DNA from: Mobula hypostoma
Taxonomy: Eukaryota
DNA length: 64,000 nt
Assembly: GCF_963921235.1 (NCBI RefSeq)
Contig: NC_086108.1
Location: forward strand, 2,914,001-2,978,000
Direction: 5' to 3'
Of this stretch, positions 40,131-54,658 are shown in pieces. Below the pieces are notes generated by a model, which ran no database searches, was not told the origin of the DNA, and saw nothing but the letters and a program-made list of their open reading frames with translations. The translations under genes were made by a program, and so were the position numbers. Position 1 is the stretch's first letter; the number at the start of each line of letters is the position of its first letter.

Positions 40131-42190
40131 ACACCTTGAAAGTGAGTCCATAAAATGAACACTGAGTGTACGTTCAAGATCTTTTGCTGCTGGAGCCCAT
40201 CCACTTCAAGGTTCAATATGTTGTGCATTCAGAGATACTCTTCTGCACACCACTTCTGTAACATGTGGTTAGTTGAGTTACTATCACCTCCCCGTCAGCT
40301 TGAACCAGTCTGCCTATTCTCCTCTGATCTCTGTCATTAACAAGGCATTTTTGCCCACAGAACTGCTGCTCACTGGATGTTTTTCTTTGGGGGTTTTTTG
40401 CACCATTCTCTGTAAACATTAAAGACGGCTGTGTGAGAAAATCCCAGGAAATCAGCAGTTTCTGAGATACTCAAACCACACCATGTGGCACCAACAATCA
40501 TTCTACTGACAAGGTTACTCAGATCACATTTCTTTCCTACTCTGATGTTTGATCTGAACAATGACTGAACCTCCTGACCACGTCTGCATGCTTTTATGAC
40601 TGGCTGCCACATGATTGGCTGATTAATATTTGCATTAACAAGCAAGTGTACAAGTGTACCTAATAAAGTGGCCACTGAGTGAACATGCGATAAATAAATC
40701 TAAATTGGAAACTGGTCAGAAGCTCTTCTCACTCTATGGAAAGCAGTTGTTTGTTTAAAAAAAAATCACTATGCCTGCAGTGAAAAAGGCTACCCAATCT
40801 CATAAGTCAGCTGTAACAAGAGTTTAAAGTATCACTGCCAGCCGCAGGACAGAAGGGGATGTGTGAGTGAGCAACAGAGCTGTCTGAGAGATAATGAATG
40901 TCTGTGAGCCACGGGGACTACCCCCCGCTGTTCCGCAGCGGACAGGAAGAAAGAACCTCAAATAATACAGTACCTGCAAGGGGCAGAGTCGTATCCGGAC
41001 AAGCACTTGTTCACACAGAGATTACCAGCTGGTTCAATACACGTTAAAACAGCTAACACTGCCATCACGCAGGGCACATAACTGAAAAGTGACGTTCATT
41101 GACGCGGGATATGGGCGTCATTATTATGACTAGTATTTATTACTGATCTCAAATGCCTGAGATGTCAGCAGTGACAACTAAGAGCTATCAAGTTTCAAGA
41201 CTGTTTAATGTCATTTCCACTACACAAGTGCACAGGAGAACGAAATAACCTTTACTCTAGATCTGATTAGCACATAAAAACACCATAAAATTAAAAAAAA
41301 CAATTTTAAAAAGAACAATAAATATAAATACATATGATAGCTTAGATATAGATTGTTCCTTAAGTTTCTTATAGCCGGGGGAGGTAATGGCGACAAGCTC
41401 CAGCTACCTATTAATGCTCCCAATGGTGTGCATCTCAAATAGCCTCTGACAACCAAGTCCAGCTCCCGGCCTTCATGTATGGCTTAACTACTGAGCCCAG
41501 TGGAACAGTTGCTACTGAGAGAAGGGGAAAAGGCAGGTTACTGGCACATTAAAACCAGTCACTTTGGGCAGATGGGGCTTATCAGACGTGGTCGGCAGTT
41601 CAGCTAGAAGGAAAACTCTGATCTGAAACCTCTGCTGCCTTGCGGCTATACCCACTCAGGGGAAGACTTCAGGAGTAAATTCCCGAGGAACAAATTCAGA
41701 GCAGGAGTCCCTAAGGCAGCCCTACATTGAGTCCAATACTGACTAGCAACTTCCGTGATCCCTCTGGTGCCAAACTGTATCGGTCTCTCCCATTCCTTTG
41801 GGTTCGTCAGATGCGTGGAGAGGGGGGACTTGCTACATAGGCAACAGCTTGCTCTCCATATTGTGCTGCCCTGGTTTGTGTAACTAGACAGCCAGGATGC
41901 AATATCCATGGCGACCCAGAATAACGGAGGCCTCGGAATACAGAGATTGATTGTATGCCCTAAAAGTGACACTAGGTACAGGCGTATGTATTCATAAGGT
42001 GGCTCTGACAGGAAATAATACAACAGTGGTGGTGGGCTGAGTTAGTGCGTGGAAGTCAAGAGAATTTCACACGGTGGAGTTACTACTGTGTGGGTTTGAA
42101 GTAATGCAAGAACAAGTCTAAAGGCGGCAAACTGGTTTCTTTCAGAAGACCTTCAAAGTACAAAGCTCAAAGTAGATTTATTATCTATGG

Positions 42191-42375
42191 CAGTGGTCCC
42201 CAACCACCAGGCCGCAAGGAAATGATATGATTTGGCGATATGAACCGATATGAGTCAGCTGCACCTTTCCTCATTCCCTATCACGCCCACTGTTGAACTT
42301 GAACGCACGTGAGGTCCACAAGAATATTGTGAATATTAAACCGGTTCGCGGTGCGCAAAAGGTTGGGGACCCCTG
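42191..42375. mobile_element. hAT (Charlie-like) MITE
   Basis: TIRs CAGTGGTCCCCAACC / GGTTGGGGACCCCTG; perfect 8-bp TSD ATCTATGG at 42183-42190 and 42376-42383. Confidence 0.9.
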
Positions 42376-42738
42376 ATCTATGGGAGGTGTGTAAGGCGCA
42401 CAGCCAGGACCACTTGCCTGGAAGTGCAGTGTCGATGCCATGGCACCACCAGCTGGCATATCAAAGCACATACATATCAACATATACAACATGGAGAATC
42501 GTCATCCTGTGGGCACTCACAGTAAATACAAGAAACGCAATAGAATCAATGAAAGACCACACCCAACTGGATGGACAACGACCAATCTGCAAAAAAAACA
42601 AACTCCTGCAAATACAAAAAAAGGAAAAAAAATCATAATAATAAATAAGCAATAAATATCAAGAACGTTAGGTGAAGAGTCCTTAAGAGTGAGTCCAGTG
42701 GGAACAGTTCAGTGATGGAGCAAGTGATGTTGAGTGGA

Positions 42739-42995
42739 GTTATCCCCCTCTGGCGCAACAGCCTGATGACTGCAGGGTAATAACTGTTCCTGAACCTGGT
42801 GGTGTGGGACCTGAGGCTCATTGTGGTGAGTGAAGTTATCCACACCGGTTCAGGAGCCTGATGGTTGTGGGGTAATAACTGTTCCTGAACCTGGTGGTGT
42901 GGGACCTGAGGCTCATTGTGGTGAGTGAAGTTATCCACACCGGTTCAGGAGCCTGATGATTGAGGGGTAATAACTGTTCCTGAACCTGGTGGTGT
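42739..42995 (-). repeat. Second locus of the 95-bp Rex1-derived tandem repeat (~2.7 units)
   Basis: Same unit and junction as 26558-27113. Confidence 0.9.
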
Positions 42996-43737
42996 GTCTG
43001 GGAACTGTCAAGACCGGCTCCTCTTTGAACCCTGAACTGTTTGAAGTGATAGACAGGCGATAACCCAGCAGGGAGATAAAAAGGGACAGGTTCGCTAAGG
43101 CAAAACACACACGACACCACGAGGTAACAAGACCCTGGAAGCGGTGCGCCTCCCACAAGTCGGTGGGAGTTTTGCAGGGCTGGTCACGGGACCAAGCCAT
43201 AGACGCACAGGGTGGAAGGGTACGATCGGCGGGAACCTGGTGTGTGTCCGCCCTTGCCTGGGTGCCAGGTTCACTGCAGAGAAACGATCATATCTGAAAA
43301 CGGAGGGGTCACAGTCAGTGACCTCAGAAGACATCACAAAGGGCTCGCCCGAAAGCTGACTGCGAAGAATATCGAAGGTCTGTGTGGAAGCCGTTTGAAT
43401 ATTCATTCACTTTTGCTCTCCCTCTCCTTCCCCCCCCTGTCCACAGCCACGGCAGTGATTACTGTGAACTGAACTGAACTCAATTGAACTGAACTTTGCG
43501 TCACTTTGAAACTGCTCATTTATTCCTAGACGACGATAGAGCTTGATTGATCCTGTTATCCTAATTCTGTGTACATGTGTGTTTATCATTGCTGAACTGT
43601 TGCATTTATTGTCCTTTTGATTAGGGTACTGTATTGCTTATTTCTTTAATAAAACTTTCTTAGTTCCAGTAATCCAGACTCCAACTGAGTGATCCATTTC
43701 TGCTGGTTTGGCAACCCAGTTACAGGGTACGTAACAT
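42996..43737 (+). mobile_element. Probable solo LTR (Gypsy-like)
   Basis: Non-coding; (GAACT)n tract, AATAAA near 43648, terminus GGGTACGTAACA ending in CA; no TSD identified. Confidence 0.55.
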
Positions 43738-43739
43738 TG

Positions 43740-44680
43740 TAAACACAAGAGATTCTGCAGATAAAGGAAACCCTGAGCAGCACAAACAAAATTAACACTG
43801 TGGGCATCCTATGCTGGTGCTGGAATATGTGGCAATACTTATGGGCTGAACCCAACACATCCCTAGGTAATGCTCGTTGTTAATGCATAGGCCACATTTC
43901 AATGTACGTGTGTTACATAAATGAATCAGAATTTGCTGGAGGAACTCAGTTAGTCAGGCAGTATCTATGGAGAGGAATAAACAGTTGATGTTTCAGGCCA
44001 AGACCCTTCATGAGGATTGGAAATGAAGGGGGAAGGAGACAGAATAAGACTGTGGCAGGAAGGAGGAGGAGTACAAGCTGGCAGGTTATTAGTGAGACCA
44101 GGTTAGGGGAAAGGTGGTGAGTGGGGGAGTGTGACTGACGTGAGAAGCTGGGAGGGTTAGATGGAAGAGGTAAAGTGCTGGAGAGGGCAGTGGACCATGG
44201 AAGAAAGGGAAAGAGGAGGGGATCCAGAACGAGGTGATGGGCAGGGGAGAAGAGAAGGGTGGGAAGGTAACCATAATAGGAAATGAAAAACGAGAGGAAG
44301 GGAGGGGGTTGAAATTATCTGAAGGTAGATAAATCGATATCCATGCCATGAGATCGGAGGCTACCCTGGAGTATGAGGATTGTTCTTCGAACCGAAGAGC
44401 AGCCTCATTATGTCAATAGAGGAAGCAGTGGAGCAACTGTCAGAATTGGAATTGGTAGTTGAAATGAAATGAGTAACCATTTGGAGATCCTGCCTTTTGC
44501 TGCAGACAGAGCAAAGGTGTTCGACAAAGCATCCCCCCCCCCCCCGCCCCAGTCTGTGTCAGGTCTCACTAATTTAGGAGTCTGCACTGGGAACACCGGA
44601 TACAATAGATGCCCCCGAAAGACTTGCAGGTGAATTGTCGCCTCACCTGGAAGAACTGTCTGGAGCCCTGAATGGTGATC
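43740..44680 (-). mobile_element. Decayed Penelope (GIY-YIG end plus pLTR) with a nested SINE tail at ~43795-43930
   Basis: Reverse complement of 9630-10410; hammerhead core mutated to CTCATGA. Confidence 0.75.
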
Positions 44681-45825
44681 AGAGAACCAGTTAGTTTTTC
44701 ATAACAATGAATTAGAATCAGGTTTGCAACTTTTTCTTATCCTGTGCAGTGGCTCCTCCATACCAGTTAAAATGCTCTCAACAGTACATCTGCACAAGTT
44801 TGCATTCCAAGTCTCCTCAAACTCCTAATGAAATATAGGCGCTGTCGTGCCCACTTTGTAATTGCCGAGGATAGAATTCAAAGATATTGACACCCAGGAA
44901 CGTGAAGCTGCTCACCCTCTCCACTGCTGATCCCTCAGCGGGGCTGGAGTATGTCCCCTCAATTTCCCCTTCCTGAAGTCACAATTCCTTGGTCTTGGCC
45001 CTGGTCCAAAGTGCTAGTTTCATTGCCCGGACTCTCAATAACGGCATTACAATTCCACGTTTTGTATTCCCCAGTGCTCACTGTGGGATCTGAACTGGCT
45101 CCCCTGGATTCTTGGCCCAAGCCGCTTGATTACCGATTCAATACCAACAACTGTGCTAGAGCCGGTGAAAAACTCAATTGGGACCAATGCAAGACTAAAT
45201 TAATGTCTGCCTGATAGAATTAAATCAGACGGAATTAATGGATTCTCTAAAGCCCATTCACATTTGATACATGGGTACTTGAAGTGAGGAATTTAGACAA
45301 CAGTCAATAAGAGAAAGAAACCAGAATTATTTGCCCCACCCCTTTCCTTCTCCTGCCAATTTACACCTCACATCTGGCAACATTTACATCCCCTCAATGC
45401 AAATCAATGTGACCGAAGTAGATAATGACAAGAGGAACTTTGCCTTTTGTAAGACTGCTGTGTGCAGATGCCCAGAAATGGAATAGACTTCAGCAAGTGG
45501 TAGATACAGCTCAGTCCATCACAGGAAAAGCTCTCCCCACCATTGAGCACCTTGACATGAAGCATTGTCGCGAGAAAGCAGCGTCCATCATCAAGGACCC
45601 ACATCCATCCAGGCCAAGCTCCCTTCTCACTGCTGCCATCGGGAAGGAGGTACTTGGATGGTATATTTTACATATATTTATGTATTTTATGTACAGTGCT
45701 GTGCAAAACTCTTAGGCACTGCAGATATATCACAAGACAAGACAAAGGAGTAGAAGTGGGCCATTCAGCCCATCGAGTCTGCACATATATCGATGTACCC
45801 AAGACCTTTGCACAGTGCTGTACAG

Positions 45826-46083
45826 GAGCCTCAGGTCCCACACCACCAGGTTCAGGAACGGTTATTACCCCACAACCATCAAGCTCCTGAACCAGTATGG
45901 ATAACTTCACTCACCACAATGAGCCTCAGGTCCCACACCACCAGGTTCAGGAACAGTTATTACCCCTCAACCATCAGGCTCTGGAACCGGTGTGGATAAC
46001 TTCACTCACCACAATGAGCCTCAGGTCCCACACCACCAGGTTCAGGAACAGTTATTACCCCTCAACCATCAGGCTCCGGAACA
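45826..46083 (+). repeat. Third locus of the 95-bp Rex1-derived tandem repeat (~2.7 units)
   Basis: Same unit and junction in + orientation. Confidence 0.9.
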
Positions 46084-48341
46084 AACGTGGACAACTCTGA
46101 ACCTATTCCAAAACCTAAAAGACACACTTGCATGGAGTCCACAACAGAGTAAATCACAGTAAACCCTGAGGAAACAATCCAGAGCTGGAGTCCCCAAGGG
46201 AATCCTATGCTGACTGGCGACTCCTGCAATGCTGCTGGTGCCAAACTACATCGGTCTCTGCCATACCTTTGGGGTCATCAGATAAGTGAAGAGGGGGAGC
46301 TACATTGGCAACAGCTCGCTCTCCACGTTGTACTGGATAGGCTTGCGTACCTAGACTGTTAGGATGAAACACCCTTGGAGGGCCTCCTCTTCCTCTTAAT
46401 ATTATTTGACTTTTTGCATTTGCAGTTTGTCTTCTTTTGCACATTGGTTGTTTGTCAGGCTTTCTTTGTGTGCAGCATTTCATTGAATCTACTGCATTGC
46501 TTTTTTTCTACTGTGACTGCTTATAAGGAAATCTCAGGCTAGTGTACTTACTTAGATAATAAATTTCCTTTCTACTTTGCTACATTTATAACAGTGGTCA
46601 CACATCATGTAGTATTCAAAAGAAAAGAGAGTCTTGTATTGCAAGACCATACGGTATAGGAGCAGAATTAGGCCATTTGGCCCATCGTGTCTGTTCTGCC
46701 ATTTCATCATGGCTGATCCACTTTCCCTCTCAGCCCCAATCTCCTGCCTTCTCCCCATATCCCTTGCCCTGATTAATCAAGAATCCATCAACCTCTGCCT
46801 TAAATATACCCAATGACTTGGCCTCCACAGCCGCCTGTGACAATGAATTCCACACATTCACCACTCCCTGGCTAAAGTAATTTTATTGCCTTTTAGCGTG
46901 CCCCTTACAAGAGGGAAGGAGGAATGGTTACGGGAAAAGGGAAGCTTATTGAAAACAATGCAGGTCGATCAATGTAGTCGGTCCAATGGACCAACAATTT
47001 TACAAATGTTATCCTTTACAAATCCCTCTATGGTCTTGGACCATAATATATAGAAGCAGAATTAGGCCATTTGGCTCATCGAGTCTGCTCTAACATCATG
47101 GCTGATTTATTATCCCTCTCAACCCCACCCTCCTGCCTTCTCCACGCAACCTCTGGCACCCTGACTGATCAAAAACCCATCACCCTGTACTTTAAATATA
47201 CCCAATGACTTGGCCTCCACGGCTGCCTGTAGCAATGAATTCCACAGATTCACCACCTTTGCCTTGTCCCTCCCCACCTCTGTAATCACTCTGGTCAATG
47301 CTATGGGATTTTTGCAATCCGCCAATTCTGGGTCCCTAATCATCTCCCAAAACTCCGCCATGGATGGTCACAAGAACGGAGGTGAAAGGAGGAGGGTTGA
47401 CCATGGGGCGAGCAACCCCATCCCATAAAACCTAGTGCTAAAGAAACACCAACAGAAGCTCCAGAAACCTCATCCATGGATCTCCAATCAGCTACACCTT
47501 GGACAGTGGACTGGCGAGCTGCTGTAGGCGCCCTATGCCCCAGCAGGGGTGATGGGCTTAAGAAGAATCGTTATCCCCAAATTTAGTTATTCCATTACAG
47601 TTGGCTATGCTATCACTGCCTGGATCACAATTTGTGGAATTCCTTCCCTAAAGCTCTCCACCTCTCTGCCTATTTTAAACTGAGTCCCGTTGTTCACAAG
47701 ACTGCTGGAGGTCCGGCAGCCTGTCCTGGGGTTGTGTGTGGGGGTGGGAGGGAGGAAAGGAAAGGGCTTATATTTTTGCTGTTGTTGTTTTGTTGCTTTT
47801 TGAGTTCTGTGTTGTTCTGCTGAAGACAGTGGACGTGCTATGTTGATATTGGAATGTGTGGCAACAATTGTGGGCTGCTGCCAGCACATCTTTAACACAA
47901 ACAACACATTTCACTGCATGTTTCATGTGCATATGATAAATAAATGAATCAGAATGTGAAAATGTACTTTTAATCAGGCTTAAATTTTGTCTGACAATGC
48001 TGCCCCTACAGGACATTTTCCCCAGGGAAAAGTATAGTGGTTAGTCTAACACTATTACAGTCCCAACAACCCAGGTTTATCTTCCATTGCTGTCTGTAAG
48101 GAGTTTATACGTTCTCCCCATAACTGTGTAGGTTTCCTCCGGGTGCTCCTGCTTCCGCCCACATTTCAAAGGTTTCCAGGCTTCCAAGGATTAATAAATT
48201 ATGCTAGGTTGGTGCCAGAATCATGGTGAAACTTGTGGGCTACCTCCAGCATATTCCCGTACTGTGTTGGTTGTTAACACAGACGACACATTTCACTGTA
48301 TGTTTCAACATACATATGTCAAATAAAAAACTAGTCTTTAA

Positions 48342-49713
48342 CTGCTGGAGTCAGTTATCAAGGATGTGATAACAGCACATTTGGAAAGCGGTGAAATGAT
48401 CGGACAAAGTCAGCATGGATTTGTGAAAGGAAAATCATGTCTGACGAATCTCATAGAATTTTTTGAGGATGTAACTAGTAGAGTGGATAGGGGAGAACCA
48501 GTGGATGTGGTATATTTGGATTTTCAAAAGGCTTTTGACAAGGTCCCACACAGGAGATTAGTGTGCAAACTTAAAGCACACGGTATTGGGGGTAAGGTAT
48601 TGGTGTGGGTGGAGAATTGGTTAGCAGACAGGAAGCAAAGAGTGGGAATAAACGGGACCTTTTCAGAATGGCAGGCGGTGACTAGTGGGGTACCGCAAGG
48701 CTCAGTGCTGGGACCCCAGTTGTTTACAATATATATTAATGACTTGGATGAGGGAATTAAATGCAGCATCTCCAAGTTTGCGGATGACACGAAGCTGGGT
48801 GGCAGTGTTAGCAGTGAGGAGGATGCTAAGAGGATGCAGGGTGACTTGGATAGGTTGGGAGAGTGGGCAAACTCATGGCAGATGCAATTTAATGTGGATA
48901 AATGTGAAGTTATCCACTTTGGTGGCAAAAATAGGAAAACAGATTATTATCTGAATGGTGGCCGATTAGGAAAAGGGGAGGAGCAACGAGACCTGGGTGT
49001 CATTATACACCAGTCATTGAAAGTGGGCATGCAGGTACAGCAGGCGGTGAAAAAGGCGAACGGTATGCTGGCATTTATAGCGAGAGGATTCGAGTACAGG
49101 AGCAGGGAGGTACTACTGCAGTTGTACAAGGCCTTGGTGCGACCACACCTGGAGTATTGTGTGCAGTTTTGGTCCCCTAATCTGAGGAAAGACATCTTTG
49201 CCATAGAGGGAGTACAAAGAAGGTTCACCAGATTGATTCCTGGGATGGCAGGTCTTTCATATGAAGAAAGACTGGATGAACTGGGCTTGTACTCGTTGGA
49301 ATTTAGAAGATTGAGGGGGGATCTGATTGAAACGTATAAGATCCTAAAGGGATTGGACAGGCTAGATGCAGGAAGATTGTTCCCGATGTTGGGGAGGTCT
49401 AGAACGAGGGGTCACAGTTTGAGGATAGAGGGGAAGCCTTTTAGGACCGAGATGAGGAAAAACTTCTTCACACAGAGAGTGGTGAATCTGTGGAATTCTC
49501 TGCCACAGGAAACTGTTGAGGCCAGTTCATTGGCTATATTTAAGAGGGAGTTAGATATGGCCCTTGTGGCTACGGGGGTCAGGGGGTATGGAGGGAAGGC
49601 TGGGGCAGGGTTCTGAGTTGGATGATCAGCCATGATCATAATAAATGGCGGTGCAGGCTCGAAGGGCCGAATGGCCTACTCCTGCACCTATTTTCTATGT
49701 TTCTATGTTTCTA
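48342..49713 (+). mobile_element. Young 5'-truncated CR1 LINE; open RT-containing ORF2 C-terminus (48366-49616, 416 aa)
   Basis: QHGFVKGKSCLTNL, YLDFQKAFDKVPH, GVPQGSVLGP, KFADDTKL; no stops; (TTCTATGT)n 3' tail. Confidence 0.96.
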
Positions 49714-51084
49714 AAAGATCTTTTAATATCAGAGAATGCATCCAGTACACAACCTGAAATTCTTACTCTTCAGACACCCACCCCAAAGAATGGATTACAG
49801 TAAAACGTTAGAGCCCCAAAGCCCCCTCTTCCCCCTCCCAAGCTAATGCAGCAGCAAATCATCAGCCCTCTCCCCACTTATCCAGCAGGAAGCAACAGTA
49901 CACATCACCAACCGAGCAGGCAATAGCAAAGCCCCTAAAGAGAGACCATGATCTGCAGTCCAACAAAAACTATTGCTCACCCTACAATTCCACATGGCAC
50001 AGGCTCTCTCTTTCACCAACAATGGACAGAGAGATGTCACCTTTTCACAGTGAGAGGGGAGACCAACAAAGTAAAACAGCTCACCGACTACAATTTTACA
50101 GTCTGCCGCATTGCTTTTATTCTGAGTTTTCCCGACTCGAGATTCGACAGCAAACACTCCCCCACCGCAGAGAGAAAGTGGGTTTTAAGAGTGACTTGAG
50201 GGACAACCTGTTCATAGAGGGCAATGTGTGAATGGAACAAGTTGCCAGAGGAATTACGAGCGGTGGGTATAGTTACAACATTTGGACAGCTACACGGACA
50301 GGAAAGGTTTAAAGGGATACAGATCAAATGCAGGCAAGTATTGAGTTAGGCAACTTGGAGCAGTTACTGTGAAGGGTCTGTCTTCGTGCTGCATGCCATT
50401 AGAGTTGCTACACAAATACGAATTGCTATGGTCAGCTGGATGATTAAGCTTTCTGCTGTGCCTTGCTGACAGGTCAATTGATCTAATTTAATCGTTTCAA
50501 GAACTTATTCTGAAACCTAATTAAGTCCACGGCTTGCTTGTGTGTCTCTATCTTTCCCTTAGGCATCACTGGAGATCTTGTTTCAACTCTAGAAGCTCTG
50601 AAAGCCACTGTTGATTAAAGACTAAATATTAGCTTTATTTGTCACACAGCGAAATGTGTCATCTCAATTCAATTCAAGTTTAATTGCCATTCAACCATAC
50701 ATGAATACAGCTAAACGAAGAATTACTCCAGGATCAAGGTGCAAAACACAGTACTAACAGTCACACACAGCACAAAGCACACGCAAGGTAGCAAGCATAA
50801 ATGGTATCACAATCACTCTAAAAAGAGAGACCAAAACACTCAATCTACATCTGCTGCCAACCACAACAGAGCTTGTCTCCTGCCAAGGAAACACTGGGGG
50901 AGGGGCACAGCACCAACTTCATCGTGGACGCCGCACCACACCAACCCTGGTGGACTGCACCAGCTTCAACGCCTCCCTCCTGGCAGCTGCATTAAAGCGA
51001 CACCAAGGGGAAATCCACAAGGTCAGAGTGAGAATATTACACTTCCTTAGGACATGGTTGGTGCTGAAAAGCATCATGCTAACC

Positions 51085-51745
51085 ACGAAGCTACCTCCTC
51101 ATTCTTCGAGACTCCAGCAAGTACAAGCCCAGGGCCATCAGACACTCCTCAAACGTTAACCCTTTAATTCCCAGAATCATTCTTGTGAACCTTCTCTGGA
51201 CGCTCTCCAATGCCAGCACATCTTTTCTTAGGTAAGGGGCCCAAAACTGTTCAAGCTAAAGAAATTCTTCCTCATTTCTACTCAAAATAGAAGCCCCTCT
51301 GTTTTGAGGTTATGCCCTCTGGTCCTAGACTCTTCCTCTATAGGAAACATCCTCTCCACATGATTACCCCTCATTCTCCTAAATGCCAGTGAGTACAGGA
51401 CCAGAGCCATCAAACACTCCTCATACAATGTCTTTTAATCCCAAAGCATTTCTGTGAACCTCCTTTGAACCCTCTCCAATGTCAGCACATCCTTTCTTAG
51501 ATAATGAGTCCAAAACTGCTCACAATATTCCATGTGAGGCCTCACCAGTGCCGTATACAGCCTCAGCATTACATCCTTGCCTTCACATTCCAGTGCACTC
51601 GAAATATATGGCAACACTGCGTCTGTCTTCCTTACCATCAACTCAACTAGCAAGTTAACCTTTAGGAAATCCTGCGCAAGGACTCCCAAGTCCCTTTGCA
51701 CCCCTGAATTTTGAACTTGTTCCCATTTAGAAAATTTTCTGTACT
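51085..51745 (-). mobile_element. Rearranged CR1 fragments
   Basis: LYTALVRPHMEYCEQFW...LERVQRRFTEM. Confidence 0.78.
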
Positions 51746-54658
51746 CATGTCCGTTTGCTCCTTTTCAAGGTGGTTGGGGTCCTTTTGGAGTCCATGAACT
51801 ACAGCTGTGTTTAAGCTACAGTCTTCACGGATGGTGGGTCCTAACTCTTTGGAACTTGCCAAGCGGCTTGTGTTGCAGGATCTCCAGGAGCAGCTTGGAA
51901 GATGTGCACCTTCAGGGTGCGGCCCTGAGGACAACCCGATTCCTCACCAATGTCGCTGACTGCCGCGTTGTGGGAGATGGAAACATCAAGACAGCGGGAG
52001 CAGTTGGTTGGAGGCCTTGGCCAGCTATATATCTCTCTCTCTCTCCCTCCCCCCTCCTCCTCCTCCCCCCCCCATGATGACTCTCGAGTCAGGGGAACTT
52101 GAAATAAGTGACACTGCAGACTATAACATTGAAACATTGAAACAGTGAGCTGCTGGCCTCCCCTCTTCCTGTTGAAGGAGTGATTCTCTCTTCCCCCCTC
52201 GTTAGTGAGAGAGGGCCTGCTGGGATGAACTATAGTTTTTAATGGACTTTGGGGCTTACTATTGCTTGCATGGCGGGTGGTGGAGGGAGCTGATGCTTCT
52301 TACTGGATTAAGTGGGGGGAGCGAGGGGTTGAAGCTTTTGCTGCAGCTTGTGCGCGGGAGGGGGAGGATTTGGGGTTCTAACGTTTTTCTGTCAGTCATT
52401 CTTTGGGGTTTTTCTCTCTGTTTTGTGAATGTCTGTGAAGAGTAAAAACTTCAGGTTGTATACAATTCTCTGCCATTAAATTGAACCAAAGAATGCCTTT
52501 ATTCCTTCTCCTGTATACCTCTAATCTATGGACTGCCACCAGCAAGTGTCACATGGTGTCAGGGAGAGAAAGAACAACGCTGTTGATCAGATAATATGCA
52601 CTTCAGACACTCGGCTGCAATGTAATTAGGTTCACGCCTTGCCTGTATGTGATTATTGACGGAACCTCCAGGGAGTCGGAATGAAAGGGAAATGACATGA
52701 ATTAAAGTTACATTAAACAGCTGGAGACTAATTGCTTCATTTGTTTAGCAAGGGCAGAGTATGTTTTTTTTTAATTATTCAGCCTTCGAAGACAACATCC
52801 CTTGTTGTCTAAAGGGGAGAAATAACCTTGGATTGGTATAATTGGAAAATTGGGACATAACATAATGAGGCTGTTTCAACTTCAAAAGCAAATATTATCT
52901 TCATTTGTATAGACTTTTGTTACTGGTACATCACATCTGAAGGCAATGAAACAGAGTGCCTGACATGTAGGCAAACATAATGAACCAACCATCACTTATT
53001 TTAATTATTTATTAAGATACAGTGCTGAACAAGCCCTTCGAGCCGTGTCACCCAGCAATCCCCAATTAAACCGTAGTCTAAACACAGGACAGTTTACAAT
53101 GACCAATTAACCTACTAACCAGTATGTCTTTGAACTGAGAGAGGAAACCCACAAGTTCAATGGGAGACCATCAAACTCCTTACAGACAGCAGCAGGAATT
53201 GCACCTGGGGTTGATAAAGTTTAAGGACGTTGGGGAAGTAAGACATGATTCTTGGACTCTTGTAAATAAAGGGTTAAAAAAACTTAAGTGCCACCCTATG
53301 TGTGTTAGTGAACAAATTCTGTTGCTTTCGCTGAAGAATATGCCCGCAGGTTGTTTAGATTTAACAGCTTGCTTGATTAGCAGCCTTTTTCAAGGTGACA
53401 TGAGGGCTGGAATTACTCAGAGCTCACATAGGTCATGTTTTATTGTTCTGCTCCACTGACTTAAGTCTTTTCTTTGGAGAGGCTCAATGATAAAGACATC
53501 TGTCTGTAATTAAGTCAGGGGCCTCGCGAAAGGAATGACTGATACAGGGTGGACAATATATCTATTTGTAATTAAACTCTGATTTAGTGGACTCTCTTAT
53601 CAAAGTAATTGGGTTTCGCTCTGACTGACTTAGCATACCATTGTAACTGAGTGTTCTTTGTCTGCTCATTCTATAAATTGTAGCATTTCTGTTCTTTAAA
53701 TCAGAAGCTCATTGAGCCGCCAGAGAGAGAGATAAACTCTGTCCCTTTGATGTCCGGCTTCGAGCACCTTGCCAGCTGAACTGGGAACAATAAACTGGTG
53801 AAGAGGTTAAAGTTAATAACTGTGTGGTGTGATTATTGGTCTGGCAATCTTTTTTAAGTTTACAGGGTTGCTGGTGCTGTAAAGCCCTGAGCTAACTACT
53901 ACACTACCATGCTGTCCCATTAGAAAAATACTAGCTTAAAGGACACTCGTTTGTTCATTATGTGCCATGTTTTATAACATGGGCGATGATGGTTCTACCA
54001 TGATTGTTCTTGACAAATTTTTCTACAGAAGTGGTGTGCCATTGCCTTCTTTTGTAAAGTGACTTTAAAGATGGGTGTGCCTAGCCACTATCAATTCTCT
54101 TCGGAGATCATCTGCCTGGCATCAGTGGTCGCATAACCAGGACTTGTGGCATACACCAGCTACTCATATGGCCATCCAACACCTGCTCCCATAGCTTCAT
54201 GTGACGCTGACTGGAGGGGGGGAGAACCGGGCCTAAGCAGCTGCTACACCTTGCCCAAGGAGGACCTACAACACTAGCGGAGGGAAGGAGTTCCTTGAAT
54301 CTCCTTTGGTAGAGACGTATCTCCACCCCACCACTCAATAAAGGACACTAGCATTTCCATTGAAAACTGTTCCAGAGAGTCGTAAAATTAGTCAGCTCCA
54401 TCATGGGCACTAGCCTCCGTAGTATCCAGGACATTTTTAAGAAGTGGTGCCTCAGGAAGGTAGCGTCCATCATTAAGGACCCTTATCACCCAGGACGTGC
54501 CCTCTTCGCTACCATCAGGAAGGAGGTACAGAAGTCTGAAGGCACATACTCAATGATTCAGGAACAGCTTCTTCCTGCAGAGCGAACAAATCTCATGACA
54601 AATGCCAGTGATATTAAACCTGATTCTGATACACTAAGATTGCCAATACTACCACTTA

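Noticed and set aside
48366..49616. Domesticated RT gene, retron or other novel RT system
   Set aside because: A typical 5'-truncated CR1 ORF2 with a standard 3' tail, no ATG start and many paralogous fragments nearby
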